A stretch of 64,000 nt of DNA, taken from positions 17,795 to 81,794 of the forward strand of contig CAYUVW010000001.1 in assembly GCA_964448405.1 (NCBI GenBank), given 5' to 3'. Positions within the stretch are counted from its first letter, which is position 1, and the number at the start of each line of letters is the position of its first letter. The stretch is from an uncultured Candidatus Peribacteria bacterium (GTDB taxonomy: Bacteria; Patescibacteriota; Gracilibacteria; Peribacterales; Peribacteraceae). The notes under the pieces were generated by a model. That model saw nothing but the letters and a program-made list of their open reading frames with translations. It was not told the DNA's origin and did no database searches. The position numbers were made by a program, and so were the translations under genes. Below are positions 41,967 to 51,783 of the stretch, one piece after another.

Positions 41967-42368
41967 TTATTTTTGCTCGACTGCCACTTCTTCGGCAGGG
42001 ACTTCGTCGTCCTGCAACTTCGGGGCCTCGGCTTCGGCCTTGGGTCCAATGAGCACCAGGTTTTCCACCACCACTTCGGTGCGGTACTGCTTGGTGCCGT
42101 TCTCGGCCTCCCAGCTGCGGGTGTGCAAATAGCCCTCTACGTAGAGCGGTTTGCCCTTGCGGATGTACTCGGCGCAGAAGCCGGCAAGCTTGCCCCACGC
42201 GACAAGGTTATGGAATTCGGCGACGCTCTGGCGTTCGCCTTGGGCGTCTTTCCACACGCGGTTCGTTGCCAAACCGAACGTGCAGACGTCTCTGCCACTG
42301 GGCAGTTTCTTGTGTTCGGCATCGCGCGTGGCGTTGCCGAGCAGCATGGTCCTGTTGACCGTTTTCAT
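41967..42368 (-). CDS. ssb: single-stranded DNA-binding protein
   Basis: MKTVNRTMLLGNATRDAE...FGLATNRVWKD...EFHNLVAWGKLAGFCAEYIRKGKPLYVEGYLHTRSWE, with an acidic tail. Start at ATG 42368. Confidence 0.9.
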   Translation of the reverse strand: MKTVNRTMLLGNATRDAEHKKLPSGRDVCTFGLATNRVWKDAQGERQSVAEFHNLVAWGKLAGFCAEYIRKGKPLYVEGYLHTRSWEAENGTKQYRTEVVVENLVLIGPKAEAEAPKLQDDEVPAEEVAVEQK

Positions 42369-42574
42369 AGAGAAAAGGGGGAAGAAATACAGGAGGAACA
42401 TGATGAATTCGCGGCCCCTGCCGTCGCTATCCCCTGACGGGGCCATATCCGGTCGCCAGTCGTTCTTTCCTGAAATGTAAGCCAATCATCCGGTTCCGGC
42501 TCGTCGAAGAATCCCAGCCCAGCGACCGGCTTTGTGGTTGCTGCGCAAGAGACGATGTATGCTGCCGTATCCAG

Positions 42575-43681
42575 ATGCTCCCCATCTCCCAGCGCATGTC
42601 ATCGGCCAATACCCTGCTCATGCCGTACGCCGTACCGCACGGCGGCGGGTTGGGACGCATTCACCCCGAACCGGAAGACTCCACGCGCTTCCCGTTTCAA
42701 CGTGACCGCGACCGCATTCTGCATACGCAGTCGTTCCGGCGCCTGAAACATAAGACGCAGGTGTTCGTCACCGGTACCGGCGACCACTACCGCACGCGCA
42801 TTACCCACACGCTGGAGGTCGCCCAGGTCGGCCGGGACATCGCCCGTACCATGGGATTGAACGAAGATTTGGCCGAGTCCATCGCTTTGGCCCACGACCT
42901 TGGTCACACGCCATTCGGACACGCCGGTGAAGAGGCATTGAATGAATGCGTTCAGCCCTTTGGTAAGCGCTTTGAGCACAATCTTCAGTCACTGCGCATC
43001 GTCACGTTCCTCGAGCAGCGCAGCAAGCATTACGACGGACTCAACTTGAATCGCGAAGTGCTGGAAGGACTCATGAAACACCGCACGCCCCACGATATGC
43101 CCGAGGACCTGGTGCTCGAACGCTCTCCATCGCTGGAAGCACAAGTCGTCAACCTGGCCGACGAAATCGCCTACACCGCCCACGATACCGACGACGGCTT
43201 ACGCGCCGGCATCATCACCACCAATGAACTTCGCATGCTCAAATTGGGGGAACTGGCTTCGGAAAGGGCGAAAGAAACCGGTACGGAAATCCGTGGCGCC
43301 ATTGTGCAGGCGTTGATTCATGACCTCTACATCGCCACCGAGCAAGCGATTGCCGATCGAGGCATTCGCACCCTCGCAGATGTGTACGCCGCACACGATG
43401 ACATCGTTCAGTTCACTGCGGGCATGCGAGAGATGATGAAAGAACTTCGCACATTTCTCTGGACTCGGCTCTACATGAATCCCGGCGTGCAGGCCCAGGC
43501 CAATCAGGGCAAGCAGGTCATCCGAGATGTCTTCGCGGCATACCTAGCCCGCCCGCCCGACAAGGTTCTTGCGCTGCAGAAGAAACACGGCGGAGCCCTG
43601 GAGGAAGCCGTAAAAGACTACGTCGCCGGTATGACGGACGTGTTTGCGTTTGAGCAATGGCGAGCGATCACTAAACAGTAA
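42575..43681 (+). CDS. dGTPase-like HD-domain triphosphohydrolase
   Basis: FQRDRDRILHTQSFRRLKHKTQVF, RTRITHTLEVAQVGR and LAHDLGHTPFGHAGE. Confidence 0.85.
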   Translation: MLPISQRMSSANTLLMPYAVPHGGGLGRIHPEPEDSTRFPFQRDRDRILHTQSFRRLKHKTQVFVTGTGDHYRTRITHTLEVAQVGRDIARTMGLNEDLAESIALAHDLGHTPFGHAGEEALNECVQPFGKRFEHNLQSLRIVTFLEQRSKHYDGLNLNREVLEGLMKHRTPHDMPEDLVLERSPSLEAQVVNLADEIAYTAHDTDDGLRAGIITTNELRMLKLGELASERAKETGTEIRGAIVQALIHDLYIATEQAIADRGIRTLADVYAAHDDIVQFTAGMREMMKELRTFLWTRLYMNPGVQAQANQGKQVIRDVFAAYLARPPDKVLALQKKHGGALEEAVKDYVAGMTDVFAFEQWRAITKQ

Positions 43682-43699
43682 ACAGTAGGCAGTAGTCAG
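43674..43699 (+). repeat. family-2 heptamer array (ACAGTAA ACAGTAG GCAGTAG TCAG) spanning the dgt-like stop
   Basis: Read directly. It uses the same words as the inverted repeat at 33478-33582. Confidence 0.7.
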
Positions 43700-43767
43700 C
43701 TGGGTTCCAGCAAGATGCAGAACTACCTTTTTTGCAAAGGCAGACAATGTTGTTCTCCTTCATCCAC

Positions 43768-44616
43768 CTACTCATCTCCGTTCACCATCCTCACCAAATA
43801 CTGCAGCGGGTCAACAAGCACTCCGTCTTGTCGAACGGCGAAATGCAAATGCGGTCCGGTCGTGAGTAAGCCTGCGCCTTCGGAACCCGGACGTCCGCCG
43901 GAAAGACCAATGGGCGAACCCATGCGCACCTTGTCGCCCTCTTGGACGAGCGAACCGCTCACGTGGCCGTAAATCGTCTGTACGCCGTCGGCATGATCAA
44001 TGGCGATATAGCTGTAGCCGAGGCCATTGAGCGATACCTTCGCCACCGTGCCATCTGCCGGTGCAAGAATGACCGTTCCCTGTTCAACGGGAATGTCCAC
44101 GGCGTGGTGCGGCATGCCGAACTTTGCTTCGTATCCGTCATCTTCGAAGTGCGCCGAAATGCCGTACGTCGGTTCCACCGGCCAGCGAAGAATCAGCGGC
44201 TTCTCCGGAGCGTTTTTACTGAAGGTCGTTCCTTGTGCATCCCAGAGCTCGGACAACGATGACGCAAGCAATTGTTCCGATGCTTTTCGCTGACTCAGAA
44301 TACTGATCAGTACTTTCCGATTCTCCGTCAGTTGAGCCATTTTCTTCGGGTCCTGTGTGCGCTGCGCCTCATCCTCCAATACTTGCACTTGGTAGCGCAA
44401 AATCTCTTCGCGCTGTGCAAGAACTGCCTGCGTAATCCGTTCACGCTCCACGCTTTGCTGTGCACGCGCAATTTCCACGCCGCTGTGTACGCCGCCCACT
44501 CCGTCGTTCGATGCATTCGCCCAGTGCGGACCGAATGGACCCGTGATCCAGAAGAACACGAGCAGGAGTCCAAACAGGGTTTGCCAGGGCCGCGGAATAT
44601 GGACGTGAATTTCCAT
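43768..44616 (-). CDS. coiled-coil + M23 peptidase (EnvC-like)
   Basis: Signal/TM segment and a coiled coil. PHHAVDIP...YIAIDHADGVQTIYGH...GPHLHFAV. Confidence 0.85.
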   Translation of the reverse strand: MEIHVHIPRPWQTLFGLLLVFFWITGPFGPHWANASNDGVGGVHSGVEIARAQQSVERERITQAVLAQREEILRYQVQVLEDEAQRTQDPKKMAQLTENRKVLISILSQRKASEQLLASSLSELWDAQGTTFSKNAPEKPLILRWPVEPTYGISAHFEDDGYEAKFGMPHHAVDIPVEQGTVILAPADGTVAKVSLNGLGYSYIAIDHADGVQTIYGHVSGSLVQEGDKVRMGSPIGLSGGRPGSEGAGLLTTGPHLHFAVRQDGVLVDPLQYLVRMVNGDE

Positions 44617-44852
44617 GAAATCCGTTCAGTATACCTCATTTCAGTTTTTCTGGCTTGTTCGCGAGATTGACTGCATTACAAGAGTATTTTCTTTTATTAA
44701 TATTCGATTGCTCGAACATTCCAAAAGATTACTTCACGTCATTTAATAGATATTTGCAAATATAAAGCCCGGTCAAAACACTCGTTTTCTGGTATACTTA
44801 TAGGATTTTGTTCTCCCACAAACACCAATATCGGCACGCACATGGTATTGCG

Positions 44853-46880
44853 ATGAGTATCGCGAGCGTTCTGTTGTTCCTTGCGATGCGCGTACCTGCA
44901 TACGCAGCGAGTGCGTGGAACCCCACGTTGCTGGTGAACACCGAGGCGTTCCAGATCATCGATAATTCCGATACAGCGGCAACGCAATTAGAAATTCGTT
45001 TCGGCGACGTCGTAGGCCAGCGTCTGTTCTACGACCGCACCAACCTCCGCTTCCAGTTCACGCGTAACATCTTCGTTGCGGGTGATGTGACTGCCACCGG
45101 TTCCATTACCGCAATGCGCGTGTTGTCGGGCCAGTCTCTGCGCGTAAGCGATGGCGGCGCAGCTATCCATGGGCCCCTTGCCGTTACGGGCGCAATCCGC
45201 ACAGACAACAACCTGGTATTGAACGATGATGCCGACAGTAGCAATGTTGTACTGACGTTTGGTAGCGATGCTGTCAACGAATCGCTGACGTGGTTGAACA
45301 CCGCGGACAAATTCTATTTTTCAGATGATGTAGATGTGGGAGGCACGCTATCCGGTGCGTCCATCCACGCGGCTGGAGGGAATGTGCAGATCGCTGAAAA
45401 CGGCGGTAGCGTGTTCAATATTTACCGCAATCCAGACGCCGACTTCCAGGTCGACGCGCCTGCGACGCCGAAATTATTCTTCGTCAATTCTGGCACGCAG
45501 CGTGTGGGTGTTTTAAGTACAGTAACCGATCCAGAATACAAGTTTGACGTGTGGTGGAGCGGCGCGAGTGATTGGGTGGCAAAATTCGGAGGAACAGACG
45601 CCTCAGGCGATGCACAGACAAGGATTGGCCTCGGGAAAATCGGTGCATTTACCACTGGCGCACCGTCTCAGTTGTTGCTGAACCCTGACGGCGGAAACGT
45701 AGGGATTGGAGTGACGACACCGAAAGCCACGCTTGCAGTTCAAGGGATTATGTCCGGTGTCACTCTCTATTCCACCCGCTCATTCTCCGGTGCCGGTCTT
45801 ACAGATTGTGACATTGGCGCTTCCAATAAGCTTCTCTGGGATGCCACGACCGGCCGCTTCTCCTGTGGCACCGATCAAACCGGTGGCGGATCCGGTGGCA
45901 ACTGGTCCAATACGGGCTCATTGCAAGGCTTCTTCGATACCAAGTACGTGAATGTGTCCGGCGATACCATGACCGGCGCATTGGTCATCGACGTGAAAGA
46001 TACGACCACTGGCACCGGTCTTATTTTGCGCGAAAAAGCATACTTCGGCAGCGGCGCGGTCTTGTCTGGAGCCCTATTGCTTCAGGGTAACCAAAATTCC
46101 AGGATGCCGTCGCAAGCACCGGCCGGCATGTTGAAGACGTACTCACAAGATATCGCCAACAGACAAATGTTTTCCGCTCGCAGCCAGTTCGGTTCTGGGT
46201 ACAGCTTGCAGCCGGCGCTCTTTAGCAAAATGGTCATGATGCTTAGCACCGGAGGCGGCACGACGGTGAACGGCTATGGCACGACCGTCACGAACGACAC
46301 TACGGTTTCGCATCCGGCAGCCGACCAGACCTTCGGCTACATGACGAACTTCGCAACTGCTGCAACCCTGAACGATACCGCCGGAACCAGCTCGGTGAAC
46401 ACCACGTTCTTCCGCGGCTCTACCGGCGTTGCCAACGGCTTCTTCTTCCATGCTCGCGTGGGCGTGGTGGATGTTACGTCCATTCGCACGTTCGTCGGTT
46501 TGGCCAACCAAACCATTGCCACCATGGTGGGTAACGATAACCCGGCCGGACACACCATTGGCTTCCAGTTCTCCACCAACCGTGCGGATGCCAACTGGCA
46601 GTTCCAAACCAAAGACAACACCACGCAAAACGTTATCAATACCACCATTCCGTTTACAGCGAACCACGTCTACGATTTGTCGTTCTACTGCAGCAACACC
46701 TGCACGACCGTGTACTGGCAGGTGGATGACGTGACGTTTGGCACTACGGCAGAAGGTTCCACTGCATCCAACCTGCCGGGGGCGTCTACATCCCTGCGCC
46801 AAGTTCTTGGCGTTTCCGCGCTTACGGCGACTGCCAAAAATATTCGCATGCAACACGTCTATACCGAAGCCGACCGCTAA
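44853..46880 (+). CDS. secreted fibre-like surface protein A (shared N-terminal fibre module + C-terminal jelly-roll-like domain)
   Basis: Signal peptide ending AYA/AS. AWNPTLLVNTEAFQIID..., then LSGQSLRVSDGGAAIHGPLAVTGAIRTDNNLVLNDDADSSNVVLTFGSDAVNESLTWLNTADKFYFSDDVDVGGTLSG. This module is also present in 46884.. and 55500.. Confidence 0.75.
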   Translation: MSIASVLLFLAMRVPAYAASAWNPTLLVNTEAFQIIDNSDTAATQLEIRFGDVVGQRLFYDRTNLRFQFTRNIFVAGDVTATGSITAMRVLSGQSLRVSDGGAAIHGPLAVTGAIRTDNNLVLNDDADSSNVVLTFGSDAVNESLTWLNTADKFYFSDDVDVGGTLSGASIHAAGGNVQIAENGGSVFNIYRNPDADFQVDAPATPKLFFVNSGTQRVGVLSTVTDPEYKFDVWWSGASDWVAKFGGTDASGDAQTRIGLGKIGAFTTGAPSQLLLNPDGGNVGIGVTTPKATLAVQGIMSGVTLYSTRSFSGAGLTDCDIGASNKLLWDATTGRFSCGTDQTGGGSGGNWSNTGSLQGFFDTKYVNVSGDTMTGALVIDVKDTTTGTGLILREKAYFGSGAVLSGALLLQGNQNSRMPSQAPAGMLKTYSQDIANRQMFSARSQFGSGYSLQPALFSKMVMMLSTGGGTTVNGYGTTVTNDTTVSHPAADQTFGYMTNFATAATLNDTAGTSSVNTTFFRGSTGVANGFFFHARVGVVDVTSIRTFVGLANQTIATMVGNDNPAGHTIGFQFSTNRADANWQFQTKDNTTQNVINTTIPFTANHVYDLSFYCSNTCTTVYWQVDDVTFGTTAEGSTASNLPGASTSLRQVLGVSALTATAKNIRMQHVYTEADR

Positions 46881-46883
46881 ATC

Positions 46884-49800
46884 ATGCGCACCGCACAACG
46901 CATCATCGGCTCTCTGCTCCTGGTAGCCCTGCTACTGACTAACGTCGAGCCTGTCTTCGCCTCTACCTACGACAGCCTTACGGGTACCGCATTCGAGACG
47001 GTCGACGATGCTGGTCTAGGAGAAACAATTTATGCCCTGCGCTTTGGCAGTACCGTGCAACAGCAGCTCAGTTACAACACCACGCTCAATACGTTTATCT
47101 TTGCAGCGGGTCTAAAAGTCATCGGTACGCTGTCGGGCTCCAACTTGGTCATCGACCGCAATGCCAACCTTGGCGGAGCGCTGACTGCGACCGGCAATAT
47201 TCTCACAAAATCAACGCTTTCCGGACGCACGCTTATTATCTCCGGCGTGGCGTCATTCTCTGGCGCCGCTGTCTTTAAAAACGGCGTTACCCTGAAGAGT
47301 GGAACAGTCCTCTCTGGTCAGACGCTGCGCGTGTCCGGCAACTCCGATGTCCACGGTGCATTGTCTGTCACCGGAGCAGTACGTACAGACAGCAACCTCA
47401 CAATCAACGACGATGCCGATGCCAACAACGCAGTACTGACGTTCGGCAGTGACACCACCAACGAAACACTGACGTGGTTCAACTCGGCCGACCGATTCCA
47501 ATTCAGCGACGACGTCAGCATTGTCGGCAGCATTTCCGGTTCGTCATTGCGCGTAGACGGTGCCACCAGCATCTACGGCGCACTCGGCGCATCCGGCGCC
47601 ATTGTTAAAGGAACTGCTTCCGGACGCACATTACGCGTATCTGGCAATGCCGATATCCACGGCGCACTCGCGGTCACTGGTTCCATTGTTACCGATGGAG
47701 ACCTGACGTTGGGTGGCGACGACGCTGCAGCGAACGTGACGTTGACCTTCATGAATTCTGGTATCGACGAAACACTGACGTGGCTCGACACGACGAATAA
47801 ATTTTCGTTCTCCGATAACCTGGATATTATCGGCACCATCTCGGGTACTACCATTCGCAGCTGGGGCGCAATTGCCAACACCTTCTCCGGCTCGATTATC
47901 ACAGACTCTTCCTTCTCCGGTACCAGCTTCTTTGGCGCTGGTCTTGGGTCGTGCAGCAACGGTACCACCGACAAATTGCTCTATAACCCCTCCACAGGCA
48001 GATTCAGCTGTGGAACGGACCAGTCCGGCGGCTCGACCGGCGGAGGCGGCATTAGCTATGCGGCTGCCGAAGGCATGTTCGTCAACCAGGGCGGCGACAC
48101 CATGACCGGTGCGCTGAACGTAAACGTTACGAGCGCCGACGTCGTAAAAACGACCACTGGCGTCGCTAACGCTACGGATTTTTCCATTGCCGGCTCGACG
48201 TTGCTGAACGTGACGTCGGTCAACGACTCCCTTGTTATTAGCGATGGCACGGTGCCCAGTTCCGGACAAGGCACCATGGCCACATCCACTACCGTTACGT
48301 CCGCAAATGCCGGAGCCGGTGCGCATACCATTATTCGCGACGATGGAAAGTACGTCATTTTCCTTGGCAACAGCACGACGACGGTGAACATTTGGGATGG
48401 TATTGCCGGTGGAACTATGACCGCCGGAACCGCAACCAATGCCGCGCTTGGTGCTGGCGCTATTTCTCTGCGACGTTCGGACGGCAGGTACCTGGTGGTC
48501 CATGGCGGCGCAGCCACCACATCCACGCTGTACGATCCCTTTAACATCACCACTGTTGCCGGACCCACGCTGACCAGCTGTACTGCAACTACCGGAACCA
48601 ATGCATTCCTTGCGGCATCCGGTTCGTACGTCATCATGTGCGGAGGCTCCGGTAACTGGGGTTTGTATAACGGCACCACAAACATCTACAGCGCACAGGC
48701 TGCTGTGGGCGGTACATTCGCTGCTGGCGCACATGCCATTCAGCGCGACGACGGCAGCTTCCTTGTATTTGCCGGTGGCAACACCACAACGCACTGGCTG
48801 TACACACCGTACAACAACCAGTGGCAGCTGAACCCCATCACCACCAATGCTCCCACGATTACGACTGGAGCTTTTTCCATTCGTCGTCCGGACGGCATGT
48901 TCTTGGTAGTTCCGGGTGCTCAAAACAGCTCGTATATTTATGACCCGCGTCCCACAGCTGCGGATCGCGGAGCCGGTAGCATGACACAACAGTCCGGAGC
49001 GGGTTTTGGTCCAACCGTCGCACTTGCAGACGGTGCTCAGGCAATCTGGCGCCAGGACGGTAAGTATTTGGTGATGATCGGCGGCTCTACCACTACGAAC
49101 ATCCTGGATACCACGCGTACCGATGCCAACCAGTTCACGACCGGTCCAGCTATTCAAGGTGGTGCGCTCGGTGCCGGTGCGCACTCTTTCATCCGCACCG
49201 ATGGTAAAGTGCAAATTATCCGCGGAGGCGTCACCACAACTACAAGCACTTACGATATGGGTTACGTCGTCGGTGGGCCGTCTACCTCCACCGGCGCTAT
49301 TTACGAAAGCGAATGCATCACTTCTCCTTTGCTCGGTACGGGCTCGCGCATGGAATGGAACGTGAATGCCGAAGCCGGTTTAATGACCTTCCAAGTACGC
49401 ACTGGCAACGGCAGCTGTTCCGGTAACTACCGGGACATTCAAACGAACGGTGAGCTCGTCCGTCCCACTCCAGGCCATAACAGCGTCCAAATGCGGGTTA
49501 TTTTTAAGCGGACACTGCCGAAGTTCGTCGACCAAGAATGGGGTCTGCGCCGTGGCTTAAGCCAAACCCGCTACCGCCGTACGAACAAAGATCCCACGCT
49601 CTACGATATTGCCATTCGCAATACTGTGCTGCTGCACCGCACGCAGTTTGAATTCGGCGGATCAACAGATCCGTCGGGTCCGATTGCGGTGAATATCCAG
49701 AATGACCGCAATAAGAACCTGCAAATCGCGCTGGCGAACCAGGTGACGTACGGCACCACGTACAATACATCCCAGCAAGGTTACTATAACGGTGCGTTTA

Positions 49801-51740
49801 CCACACATCCGGTGCTGCCCACGGCCGCCAGTATTGGCACCATTGTGCTGAAGCGCCCGGATCGTAAATACATCATTCTGCCCGGTTCCGTAGCTTCCGG
49901 AGGAGCGGGTGTAGCCATGCTCTACGACGCCAACACCTATACGATCAACACCCAGGCAACAGCGCCCGCAACACGTACCTCCACCGGTGCGTTGGCATTC
50001 AAGCGTCCGGACGGGAAGTTCTTCATTGTCCATGGCGGCACCACTAAAACCACCACTATTTACGACCCCGTGGCAAATACCTACACGCCGGGTCCGCTGA
50101 TGACCCAGAACGTAGGAGAAGGTTCGCAGCCCATTCCGCTGCCGAACGGCAACGTGCTTATTCTGCATGGCGGCTTCCGTCGTACCACCACCATTTACAA
50201 CCCGTTCCAGAATACGACCATGACCGGTGCTCTTGCAACGAACATCATCGGTCGCGGTTCCATCGTCATCCCGCGTCCGAACGGCCAATATTTCATTGCT
50301 CCCGGCACCACGACGCATCTCTGTGCACCGCAAACGCCGACCATGCTTTACGATACGTATACGGGCATGTTCGTGAACAACAGTGCCGCGGCCATGGTGA
50401 CGGGTACCGGGCCCGGTGCGCTGACATTTGAGCGTAGCGACGGACAGTGGGTCATCATCAAGGGTGGAGGAACAACGAGCACGTGTGCCGGTCTGGCGAC
50501 TACGAACATCTATAACCCGTTCACCAATCAAATGGTCGTCGGTCCTGTGCCGACCGGTACCCGCTTTGGTACGCAGGCATTGCCTAGACCCGATGGCTCC
50601 TGGCTGATTGTGAACGGCAACGGTACGACTGCGTCCCAAATTTACTACGAGAAAACGGGTTTGTATTCCACCGGTCTTGCCGGACCCAACGGTATCGGTG
50701 CCTTCGTTGCAGGCCCCACGTTGCCCACCGCTACTGGTACGGGTTCAGTGGCGTTCCAGCGCGAAGATGGAAAGTTCGTCGTGCTTGCGGGCAGCAACAC
50801 GCCGGGCTCTGCCGGAACTACCACCGTCATGCAGTACGACGCCGGTTGGGTGACCAGCGGTTTCTATCGCAGCGAACACATCAATATTCCCAACTTAGAC
50901 AGTACGGCCACGCTCTCGTGGAAAGCATCACCAAGTTATGCCGGTATTTCTGCTGCTGTGCGGACCGGCACGTCGTCGTTGTCGTTGCAGGCAAACGACG
51001 AGCGTGAAATCAATCGTCCGGGCGACGCCATCAACCCGGGCGCCGGCCATACCTGGCTGCAGGTGACGTTCAACCTTGCACGCACCATTCCTACCTATAC
51101 GGGCATTGCTCAAGACGTCTGGTGGAACGGAGGAAGCACGAACCTCGTGACACAGCGCACCATCACCACGCCCACCATAACCGAGTTCTGGGTCGGCAAA
51201 GATGCCAATATGATTGACCTGAAAGCAGATAATCTTTCACTGTTCCGCGTGAACAGCAACGGCGATATTTACACCGGTAACAAAGGCTCGGTAAATACCG
51301 GAGGCGCCGACTTAGCAGAGCGCTATTCCTCGCCGGACGATCTGCAACCTGGCGAAGTGGTGACAATCGACTTCACCGACAGTCATGGCGTTCGTCGTTC
51401 TACCTCTGCGTATCAGCCTGAAGTGCTGGGTGTAGTCTCCACCAATCCCGGTTTCGTCGCCGGTGCGTTCACCAAGGGCTCGTACCCCATCGCTCTTGTC
51501 GGACGTGTTCCGGTAAAAGTAAGCCTGGAGAACGGCCCGATTCTTACGGGTGACCGCCTTATTGCCAGCAGTCTGCCCGGCTATGCAGCCAAGGCTCTGC
51601 GTGCAGGCCGCACGGTGGGCATGGCACTGGAGAGCGTAGACATTGCCAAAACAGAGCCCTGCGCCGCAGATAAACGCAAGCAGTGCGGCAGCGTGATGAT
51701 GTTCGTGAACCTGAGCGATTACGCCGGACCCGCAAAATAG
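46884..51740 (+). CDS. giant secreted protein (1618 aa): fibre modules, two Kelch-like propeller arrays, C-terminal fibre-end domain
   Basis: Starts 3 nt after gene A. Three copies of the fibre module, then ~8 plus ~7 repeats of the type GA.A..R.DGK.L...GG.T.TT..YDP..N. C-terminus GGADLAERY...VLGVVS.NPG...ALVGRVPVKV...GDRLIAS. Confidence 0.75.
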   Translation: MRTAQRIIGSLLLVALLLTNVEPVFASTYDSLTGTAFETVDDAGLGETIYALRFGSTVQQQLSYNTTLNTFIFAAGLKVIGTLSGSNLVIDRNANLGGALTATGNILTKSTLSGRTLIISGVASFSGAAVFKNGVTLKSGTVLSGQTLRVSGNSDVHGALSVTGAVRTDSNLTINDDADANNAVLTFGSDTTNETLTWFNSADRFQFSDDVSIVGSISGSSLRVDGATSIYGALGASGAIVKGTASGRTLRVSGNADIHGALAVTGSIVTDGDLTLGGDDAAANVTLTFMNSGIDETLTWLDTTNKFSFSDNLDIIGTISGTTIRSWGAIANTFSGSIITDSSFSGTSFFGAGLGSCSNGTTDKLLYNPSTGRFSCGTDQSGGSTGGGGISYAAAEGMFVNQGGDTMTGALNVNVTSADVVKTTTGVANATDFSIAGSTLLNVTSVNDSLVISDGTVPSSGQGTMATSTTVTSANAGAGAHTIIRDDGKYVIFLGNSTTTVNIWDGIAGGTMTAGTATNAALGAGAISLRRSDGRYLVVHGGAATTSTLYDPFNITTVAGPTLTSCTATTGTNAFLAASGSYVIMCGGSGNWGLYNGTTNIYSAQAAVGGTFAAGAHAIQRDDGSFLVFAGGNTTTHWLYTPYNNQWQLNPITTNAPTITTGAFSIRRPDGMFLVVPGAQNSSYIYDPRPTAADRGAGSMTQQSGAGFGPTVALADGAQAIWRQDGKYLVMIGGSTTTNILDTTRTDANQFTTGPAIQGGALGAGAHSFIRTDGKVQIIRGGVTTTTSTYDMGYVVGGPSTSTGAIYESECITSPLLGTGSRMEWNVNAEAGLMTFQVRTGNGSCSGNYRDIQTNGELVRPTPGHNSVQMRVIFKRTLPKFVDQEWGLRRGLSQTRYRRTNKDPTLYDIAIRNTVLLHRTQFEFGGSTDPSGPIAVNIQNDRNKNLQIALANQVTYGTTYNTSQQGYYNGAFTTHPVLPTAASIGTIVLKRPDRKYIILPGSVASGGAGVAMLYDANTYTINTQATAPATRTSTGALAFKRPDGKFFIVHGGTTKTTTIYDPVANTYTPGPLMTQNVGEGSQPIPLPNGNVLILHGGFRRTTTIYNPFQNTTMTGALATNIIGRGSIVIPRPNGQYFIAPGTTTHLCAPQTPTMLYDTYTGMFVNNSAAAMVTGTGPGALTFERSDGQWVIIKGGGTTSTCAGLATTNIYNPFTNQMVVGPVPTGTRFGTQALPRPDGSWLIVNGNGTTASQIYYEKTGLYSTGLAGPNGIGAFVAGPTLPTATGTGSVAFQREDGKFVVLAGSNTPGSAGTTTVMQYDAGWVTSGFYRSEHINIPNLDSTATLSWKASPSYAGISAAVRTGTSSLSLQANDEREINRPGDAINPGAGHTWLQVTFNLARTIPTYTGIAQDVWWNGGSTNLVTQRTITTPTITEFWVGKDANMIDLKADNLSLFRVNSNGDIYTGNKGSVNTGGADLAERYSSPDDLQPGEVVTIDFTDSHGVRRSTSAYQPEVLGVVSTNPGFVAGAFTKGSYPIALVGRVPVKVSLENGPILTGDRLIASSLPGYAAKALRAGRTVGMALESVDIAKTEPCAADKRKQCGSVMMFVNLSDYAGPAK

Positions 51741-51771
51741 CCCCCCATTTCCACGAAGCGGAAATGAGGGG
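51741..51771. terminator. hairpin between convergent giant genes
   Basis: CCCCCCATTTCC-ACGAAGC-GGAAATGAGGGG (one mismatch). Confidence 0.45.
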
Positions 51772-51783
51772 CGTGACGTGGTT

